Shown: one piece after another, positions 28,648 to 34,031 of the stretch
How positions within the stretch are numbered: the first letter of the stretch is position 1
How the letters are laid out: each line of letters opens with the position of its first letter
Assembly (NCBI GenBank): GCA_964395575.1
Contig: CAYNCR010000003.1
Coordinates: 1 to 34,031 of the forward strand
Length of the DNA stretch: 34,031 nucleotides
Direction: 5' to 3'
Origin: an uncultured Desulfohalobiaceae bacterium
Lineage (GTDB): Bacteria; Desulfobacterota; Desulfovibrionia; Desulfovibrionales; Desulfothermaceae
Translations under genes and position numbers: made by a program
The notes under the pieces: generated by a model
Told to the model about the DNA's origin: nothing
The model's input: only the letters and a program-made list of their open reading frames with translations
The model's database searches: none

Positions 28648-28731
28648 TCTGACCGCTGACTTCTGACGTCCGACCTCTGATTTCCGACCTCCGTCAGCCG
28701 ACCTCCGACCACTGATCTCTGACCTCTGTCC
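28648..28731. repeat. Degenerate heptanucleotide tandem array, 12 units of TCYGACC
   Basis: Exact 7-nt register: TCTGACC GCTGACT TCTGACG TCCGACC TCTGATT TCCGACC TCCGTCA GCCGACC TCCGACC ACTGATC TCTGACC TCTGTCC. The array covers the last 12 codons and the stop of the 28694-29992 gene. Confidence 0.8.
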
Positions 28732-29992
28732 CCCGTGCACTGGCAGCTGCGCTGCACCCGGCCAGAGAGCCGGTGGAAAAGGCGGCCTGCAGGTTGTATC
28801 CGCCTGTGTCCGCGGCGATGTCCAGGACTTCGCCGGCAAAGTAGAGCCCGTCCACTAGCCGCGAGCCCATGCTCTTGGGGTCCACTTCCTTCAGGCGCAC
28901 TCCGCCGCTGGTGACGATCGCCTCGTGGAAGGAGCGATAGCCGCTCACCGGGAGCCGGAAATCCTTGAGCCAGGTGCGCAGGGTCTTGCGCTCCTTGGCG
29001 GAGACCTGATTGCCGGTCCTGTCTTCCGGGATGCCCGTCTCTTCCAGGCAGACCTGGACCAGCTTGCGCGGGAGCAGCCCGCGAAGGAGATTGCCCATAT
29101 GCTGTCCGCCCCTTTGGTCCAGCTCGCGGAGAAGCCGGTTTTCCAGCTTGGTCTCGTCCAGCGCGGGTTTCAGATCCAGGCAGAGAGCGACATCGCGGCC
29201 CTGGCGCAGGGCGGCGACGATTTCCCCACTCAGAGAGAGGATTACCGGACCGGAGACCCCAAAGTGGGTGAACAGGAGCTCGCCGAAGGCGCGGCGTTTC
29301 TTCTTGCCGTCGATAAACACGGACACGCCGGCATTGTAGAGGCTCAGGCCCTGCAGCCTTGGTGCGGCCTCGCCTGCGGTCTCCAGGGGAACCAGGGCTG
29401 GATGGATCGTGTTGACCGTGTGGCCCAGTTCTTCGGCCATAGCGTATCCGTCCCCTGTGGAGCCTGTGGCCGGATAGGAGGCCCCGCCCGTGGCCAGGAT
29501 CACCGTTTGGGCGGACCGGATTTCTCCGTTTTTCAGCTCCACTCCCATCGCGGCGCCTTCTTCTGCGCGGATCCGCCGGACCGGGGCGTCTGTTTCGATC
29601 CGCGCACCGCTCTCGCGTGCGAAGCCGCGCATCGCCGCCACAACATCCGCGGCCTTCTGGCTGGCGGGGAAGACGCGCGAGCCGCGCTCCACAACGGTGG
29701 GCACGCCGAGACCCTCCATGAAGGCCACCAGGTCCTTGTCCCCCATGTGGCCGAAAGCCGGCCGCAAAAAGCGCGCCCCTGAGCCGAAGCGCTCCAGGAA
29801 GGACTCCATCAGGGCGGCGTTGGTCAGATTGCAGCGGCCCTTTCCGGTTATGTTCAGCTTGCGTCCGGTGCGGTCCTTCTTCTCCAGAACGAGGGTGCTG
29901 GCTCCAGCCCCGGCGGCCCTGCCCGCGGCCATGAGCCCGGCGGCCCCGCCGCCCACGACCAGGACGTCGTACTGTGTGTTTTCAGTTCCCAT
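28694..29992 (-). CDS. NAD(P)/FAD-dependent oxidoreductase, HI0933/BaiN family
   Basis: 432 aa. Motifs are YDVLVVGGGAAGLMAA and TGKGRCNLTN. The C-terminal tail (GTEVRDQWSEVG) is encoded by the heptamer array and is probably not ancestral. Confidence 0.85.
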   Translation of the reverse strand: MGTENTQYDVLVVGGGAAGLMAAGRAAGAGASTLVLEKKDRTGRKLNITGKGRCNLTNAALMESFLERFGSGARFLRPAFGHMGDKDLVAFMEGLGVPTVVERGSRVFPASQKAADVVAAMRGFARESGARIETDAPVRRIRAEEGAAMGVELKNGEIRSAQTVILATGGASYPATGSTGDGYAMAEELGHTVNTIHPALVPLETAGEAAPRLQGLSLYNAGVSVFIDGKKKRRAFGELLFTHFGVSGPVILSLSGEIVAALRQGRDVALCLDLKPALDETKLENRLLRELDQRGGQHMGNLLRGLLPRKLVQVCLEETGIPEDRTGNQVSAKERKTLRTWLKDFRLPVSGYRSFHEAIVTSGGVRLKEVDPKSMGSRLVDGLYFAGEVLDIAADTGGYNLQAAFSTGSLAGCSAAASARGTEVRDQWSEVG

Positions 29993-30177
29993 TGATGTTC
30001 ACGGTAATGGATGGCCCGCGCATTGGCAAGCGTGTCCAGGGAGTAGACGCGGGACAGGATGCCCCGTATTGTCACCCGGGCCTGCACAATGTAATTTATC
30101 CCGGAACAGTATGACCTCAACGCGGTGCCTCGGGTCCGGGCATGACAGGTTGTAAACGGAAAGAGCGGCGGAGTCCC

Positions 30178-32373
30178 ATGGACGAGCTCAAGGGGCGCAT
30201 CGAGCGCATTACCTACACCAACGAGGAGAACGGCTATACCGTGGCCAAGATCGCGGTGAAGAACCGCAGGGATCTGGTGACCGTGGTGGGGGCCATTCCC
30301 TCTCCCCAGCCCGGGCAGGAGCTCCATCTCCAGGGGGAGTGGGCCAATCACCCCCGCTTCGGGGAGCAGTTCCAGGCCAGGCACTGCACCACCTCCGCTC
30401 CGGCCACCGCAACCGGAATCCGCAAATTCCTCGCCTCAGGGCTCATCAAGGGAGTCGGGCCGGTCATGGCCGGTCGCATCGTGGATACCTTCGGCGAGGA
30501 CACCCTGCGCATTCTGGACGAGGAGCCGGAGAGGCTGGCCGAGGTGGAGGGGATCGGGCGGAAGCGGGTGGAGATGATCTCCCAGGGATGGCGGGAGCAG
30601 CAGGAGATTCGTGAGGTGATGCTCTTCTTGCAGGATCACGGGGTCTCCACCACCTACGCCACCAAGATCTTCAAGACCTACGGCAAGGAGGCCATCCGGA
30701 TCGTCCAGGACAACCCCTATCGCCTGGCAACGGACATCTGGGGCATCGGCTTCCTCACCGCGGACCGGATCGCGGCGAAGTTCGGCTTTGAGAAGGACTC
30801 CCCTCCACGAGTGCGGGCCGGGGTCCTGCACGTGCTGGATGAGCTCGCGGAGGAGGGGCATGTCCACTATCCGCGCTCGGATCTCGTGCCGCGCTGCCAG
30901 GAGATGCTGGAAGTGGGCCAGGAGCTGGTGGACCAGGGGCTCTCCGACCTGCAAAAGGAGCGGCGCGTTGTGGTGGAGCCCCTCGCGGGCTTCGGCGGGG
31001 AGGGAGAGGCCGTCTCCCTGAAGCAGCTGTGTCGCAGCGAAGCCGGGGTGGCGGAGAAGCTGGCGGAGATGCTGCGCGCGCCGAAGTCCATCCGCAAGGT
31101 AGACACGGACAAGGCCCTAGAGTGGGTGCAGCGGACCTATTCCCTGCAGCTTACCTCCAGACAGGCAGAGGCCGTGCGCAGGAGCCTCACGGATAAGGTG
31201 CTGGTGATCACCGGAGGGCCGGGAACGGGCAAGAGCTTTCTCTTGAGCGCCATTCTGCGGGTCATGGGCCGTCTGGAGGCCTCGATCCACCTCACCGCCC
31301 CCACGGGCAGGGCAGCCAAGCGCATGACCGAGCTCACGGGCTGGGAGGCAAAGACCATCCATAGATTGTTGGAGTTCGATCCCGGACAGGGAGGCTTCAA
31401 GAAGGACGCCGCCCATCCCCTGAGCTGCGACCTGCTCGTCGTGGACGAGACGAGCATGGTGGACACCCGCCTCATGTACCACTTGCTCCAGGCCCTCAAG
31501 CTGGACACCACCCTGGTTCTGGTGGGGGACGAGAATCAGCTTCCCTCGGTGGGCCCGGGCAACGTGCTCAAGGATATCATCGGCTCCGGGACGGTTCCCG
31601 TGGTGGAGCTCGACGAGATCTTCCGCCAGGCCAGAGAGAGCTCCATCGTGGTGGGGGCGCACCTGGTGAACCAGGGCCAGCTTCCCGAGCTCACCCCGCG
31701 CAAGGACAAGCTGGACGACTTCTTTTTCGTCAGCGAGGACGATCCCCTGAATGCGGTGGAGCGGATCAAGCATCTGGTTCTGGAGCGGATCCCCAAGCGC
31801 TTCCGCCTGGACCCCATCTCCGAGGTCCAGGTGCTCGCGCCCATGAACAAGGGGGCCGCCGGAGTGGCCAACCTGAATCTCGAGCTGCAGCAGGCCCTCA
31901 ATCCGGAGGGGCGCGAGGTCTCGCGGGGCGGAAAGGTCTTCCGCACCGGGGACAAGGTGATGCAGCTTCGGAACAACTACTTCAAGGAGGTCTTCAACGG
32001 GGACATCGGGCGCGTCGTCTCCCTGGACTCGGAGACGCAGGAGGTGAAGATCCGCTTTGAGGACAAGGACGCCGTGTACGAGCAGTCCGAGCTGGACGAG
32101 CTCGTTCCCGCCTACTGCGTGAGCATCCATAAATCCCAGGGATCGGATTTCCCGGCGGTGGTCCTGCCCCTTCTGACCCAGCACTACGTGATGCTGCAGC
32201 GCAACCTGATCTATACCGCCATCACAAGGGGCAAGCAGCTCGTGGTCCTCGTGGGCAGCACCAAGGCCCTGTCCATCGCTGTGAAGAGCCGGGGCAGCCA
32301 CAGGCGCTTCACTCTCCTCGCAGAACGTCTCCGGGCGGAGACCGCGGGCAGAGGGACGGTTGCGAGCCCCTGA
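30178..32373 (+). CDS. recD2: ATP-dependent RecD-like DNA helicase (RecD2)
   Basis: ORF 30142..32373. I prefer ATG 30178 (MDELKGRIERITYTNEENGYTVAKI). It has a HhH region, Walker A (GGPGTGKS), DETSMVD, and a C-terminal SH3-like/UvrD_C domain (SIHKSQGSDFP). Confidence 0.9.
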   Translation: MDELKGRIERITYTNEENGYTVAKIAVKNRRDLVTVVGAIPSPQPGQELHLQGEWANHPRFGEQFQARHCTTSAPATATGIRKFLASGLIKGVGPVMAGRIVDTFGEDTLRILDEEPERLAEVEGIGRKRVEMISQGWREQQEIREVMLFLQDHGVSTTYATKIFKTYGKEAIRIVQDNPYRLATDIWGIGFLTADRIAAKFGFEKDSPPRVRAGVLHVLDELAEEGHVHYPRSDLVPRCQEMLEVGQELVDQGLSDLQKERRVVVEPLAGFGGEGEAVSLKQLCRSEAGVAEKLAEMLRAPKSIRKVDTDKALEWVQRTYSLQLTSRQAEAVRRSLTDKVLVITGGPGTGKSFLLSAILRVMGRLEASIHLTAPTGRAAKRMTELTGWEAKTIHRLLEFDPGQGGFKKDAAHPLSCDLLVVDETSMVDTRLMYHLLQALKLDTTLVLVGDENQLPSVGPGNVLKDIIGSGTVPVVELDEIFRQARESSIVVGAHLVNQGQLPELTPRKDKLDDFFFVSEDDPLNAVERIKHLVLERIPKRFRLDPISEVQVLAPMNKGAAGVANLNLELQQALNPEGREVSRGGKVFRTGDKVMQLRNNYFKEVFNGDIGRVVSLDSETQEVKIRFEDKDAVYEQSELDELVPAYCVSIHKSQGSDFPAVVLPLLTQHYVMLQRNLIYTAITRGKQLVVLVGSTKALSIAVKSRGSHRRFTLLAERLRAETAGRGTVASP

Positions 32374-32385
32374 TCAAGGGCCCTC

Positions 32386-32421
32386 GCCGTCACGGTTTGG
32401 CGTGTCGTCGGCTCTTTTTTT
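32386..32421 (+). terminator. Rho-independent terminator after recD2
   Basis: GCCGTCACG ... CGTGTCGTCGGC is an imperfect stem, followed by TCTTTTTTT. Confidence 0.6.
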
Positions 32422-32486
32422 CCGGGTTCTTGTCCTCATCGGCAGGGGAAGAGCGGCTGTGGCCCCGCCGTGAGAGCCTTCGGGCA

Positions 32487-33965
32487 CTAAGTACGGCAGA
32501 TCAAGGTCATGTTTTTGGCGTGCTTGGCCTGATACATCGTTTTATCCGCCTCTTTCATAACCTTGTCCTTGTCTGCTGCGGTTTCCGGAGATACACAGTA
32601 GACGCCGCAGGATACGGTTACGGGAACGGATCTGTCCTCCACGACTGAGGGATTTTGCGAAATCGTCTTGCGGATGCGCTCCATTGCCCGATGCGCCCCC
32701 TGGGAGGAGAGCTCGGGCATGAGGATCACGAATTCGTCCCCCCCGTAACGGGCGACTACATCGTATTTGCGCACCTTGTTCTCCAGAAGCTCGGCTATGT
32801 GCTGCAGAACTTTGTCTCCAACCAGATGGCCGTGGGTATCGTTGACTGATTTGAAGTCATCTATATCCACAAAGCAGAAGGAAAAACACCCTCCATTGCG
32901 CCGAATCCTTTCCAGTTCCCTGTCCAGCTCCTCGGTGAATTTTTGGTAGTTGTAGGTTCTGGTCAGGGTGTCGTACGTGGCCATTTCCTTGAGTCGTGCG
33001 ATCTCGCGCTGCTGTGCCAGATAGTCGTCGATAAAGACCTGCGAGGTGTTTATCAGCTCCTGTCTGGCCTCCTCCACGACTTGCAGATAATACACGTCGT
33101 CTTCCAGGGAGAGCTCGAAGATGGGAAAAATGCTTTTGGTTTGTGTCTGGACGTGTTTGACGAGCTCTTCAATCTTCATGAACTTGTCGAAGCGGTATAG
33201 TCCCAGCAGGTGATCGATTGCGGCGAGGGTATATCCCTTGTTCCGGGTGTGGAAGAAGTGGCTGAACTGGCTCGCGAAGTGAAGTGTTTCCGTCAACAGG
33301 CGTATGTCGTTGTTTTGCGGCAGCAGATCGGGATAATGATGATGGGCGATGGGAATGGTCAAGGTGTCCGGGAATCCCCACTTTTCCGCGATATAGGACC
33401 CCACCTGAAGATGATTCACACCCAGGATCCGCTCTTCGGCCTCATATTGGGATGCTGCTTCCTTACGGACTTCCTCGAGCACTTGGCTGTAGCGTCGGGG
33501 CATGCTTTGAACCAGAACCAGGATGCCGATGTTGTGGATCAGCCCCAGGATGAAGCCGTTTTCCTTGAGCCGGGGAGCACGCTTTTGCAGAATCCAGCGC
33601 GCGCTGATCGCTGTGACCAGAGAGTCCTTCCAGAACTCGGAATAGTCGAAGAGGCCGGATTTTTCCCTTCCCGTGTTCCGTATCAGGCTAAAGCCCAATA
33701 CGAGATTCTTGATCAGCTCACCTCCCAGGATGTTCACTGCGTGCTGCACTCGGTCCACCTTCATGCCGTAAAGCGAGGAGTTGGCGATCTGCAGGACCTT
33801 GGTTGCCAAAGGGGGATCGGAATTAAGGATGTCCCCGACCTCCTTCAGCCCGGTGTCCTCCTGCCTGACCGCATCCAGGATCTGGAGGGCTATGCCCGGA
33901 AGGGTGGGGAGATTGCCTGCAGATTGGAGGATGCTTTGTATGTGCGCCTCGGTTTCAGGGGCCAT
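32487..33965 (-). CDS. HDOD domain-containing diguanylate cyclase (GGDEF)
   Basis: 492 aa. The N-terminal HDOD domain has LPTLPGIALQILDAV...DPPLATKVLQIANSSLYG. A coiled linker follows, then a C-terminal GGDEF domain with an intact RYGGDEF and an RKYD I-site-like motif. Confidence 0.88.
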   Translation of the reverse strand: MAPETEAHIQSILQSAGNLPTLPGIALQILDAVRQEDTGLKEVGDILNSDPPLATKVLQIANSSLYGMKVDRVQHAVNILGGELIKNLVLGFSLIRNTGREKSGLFDYSEFWKDSLVTAISARWILQKRAPRLKENGFILGLIHNIGILVLVQSMPRRYSQVLEEVRKEAASQYEAEERILGVNHLQVGSYIAEKWGFPDTLTIPIAHHHYPDLLPQNNDIRLLTETLHFASQFSHFFHTRNKGYTLAAIDHLLGLYRFDKFMKIEELVKHVQTQTKSIFPIFELSLEDDVYYLQVVEEARQELINTSQVFIDDYLAQQREIARLKEMATYDTLTRTYNYQKFTEELDRELERIRRNGGCFSFCFVDIDDFKSVNDTHGHLVGDKVLQHIAELLENKVRKYDVVARYGGDEFVILMPELSSQGAHRAMERIRKTISQNPSVVEDRSVPVTVSCGVYCVSPETAADKDKVMKEADKTMYQAKHAKNMTLICRT

Positions 33966-34031
33966 TTTTGTTTTCCGGGGGATTATGGGTTTTCATTCCA
34001 TTTGCCGATTGATGAGGCGTAGAGGCGGCTT

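Noticed and set aside
26425-28731. The repeated palindromes and heptamer array as a CRISPR array.
   Set aside because: The units are 21-25 bp palindromes in different intergenic regions, or contiguous 7-mers without spacers. No regular repeat-spacer architecture or cas genes are present.
28648-28731. The heptamer array as a CsrA/RsmA-titrating RNA, given its multiple GGA motifs.
   Set aside because: Only five GGA motifs are present. They are not presented in hairpin loops, and the array overlaps a coding 3' end. I keep this only as a remote possibility under the repeat finding.

Overview
GC-rich bacterial chromosomal segment. Gene content suggests an anaerobic, Desulfovibrio-like deltaproteobacterium (Thermodesulfobacteriota), but the taxon is inference only. 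I support about 25 protein genes; I recognised no rRNA, tRNA or CRISPR array.

Gene layout, left to right:
- 344-10242 (+): a co-directional nitrogen-control cluster, nadE-glnB-glnD-glnA-glnE, with a near-consensus sigma-54 promoter in front of glnA.
- 10651-12647 (+): a divergent, C-terminally truncated CysRS-family protein, then a secreted repeat protein.
- 12747-15796 (-): ATP-grasp protein, aroB, and a class I DAHP synthase.
- 15.8-16.5 kb: a gene-poor stretch with stacked minus-strand terminators.
- 16499-18055: a visibly AT-richer vapBC toxin-antitoxin cassette wedged between a decayed and an intact copy of a small PNPOx-like gene.
- 18229-23383 (-): a damage-repair run of periplasmic MsrAB, YyaL thioredoxin-like protein, class II photolyase and another PNPOx-like protein.
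- 23717-33965: korAB 2-oxoacid:ferredoxin oxidoreductase, ribokinase plus nucleoside hydrolase, an HI0933-type flavoprotein, RecD2 helicase, and an HDOD-GGDEF cyclase.

Most unusual non-coding content:
1. A roughly 232-bp nested-palindromic MITE-like element is present twice, at 10303-10535 and 23456-23686. It has terminal inverted repeats and 8-bp flanking duplications. Its 38-nt core is flipped relative to the arms between the two copies.
2. A 12-unit degenerate heptanucleotide tandem array (TCYGACC) lies at 28648-28731.
3. REP-like palindromes (CCCACGC-TCT-GCGTGGG) occur three times.
4. The glnB leader has duplicated anti-SD motifs and an upstream complementary tract.
5. A Fur/PerR-like AT palindrome lies upstream of msrAB.

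I found no obvious multi-gene defence or secretion system. The candidates for novelty are the MITE with its flipped core, the CysRS-like ligase with altered zinc ligands, and the heptamer array.

All identities and GC statements are by-eye or hand alignments, not computed.
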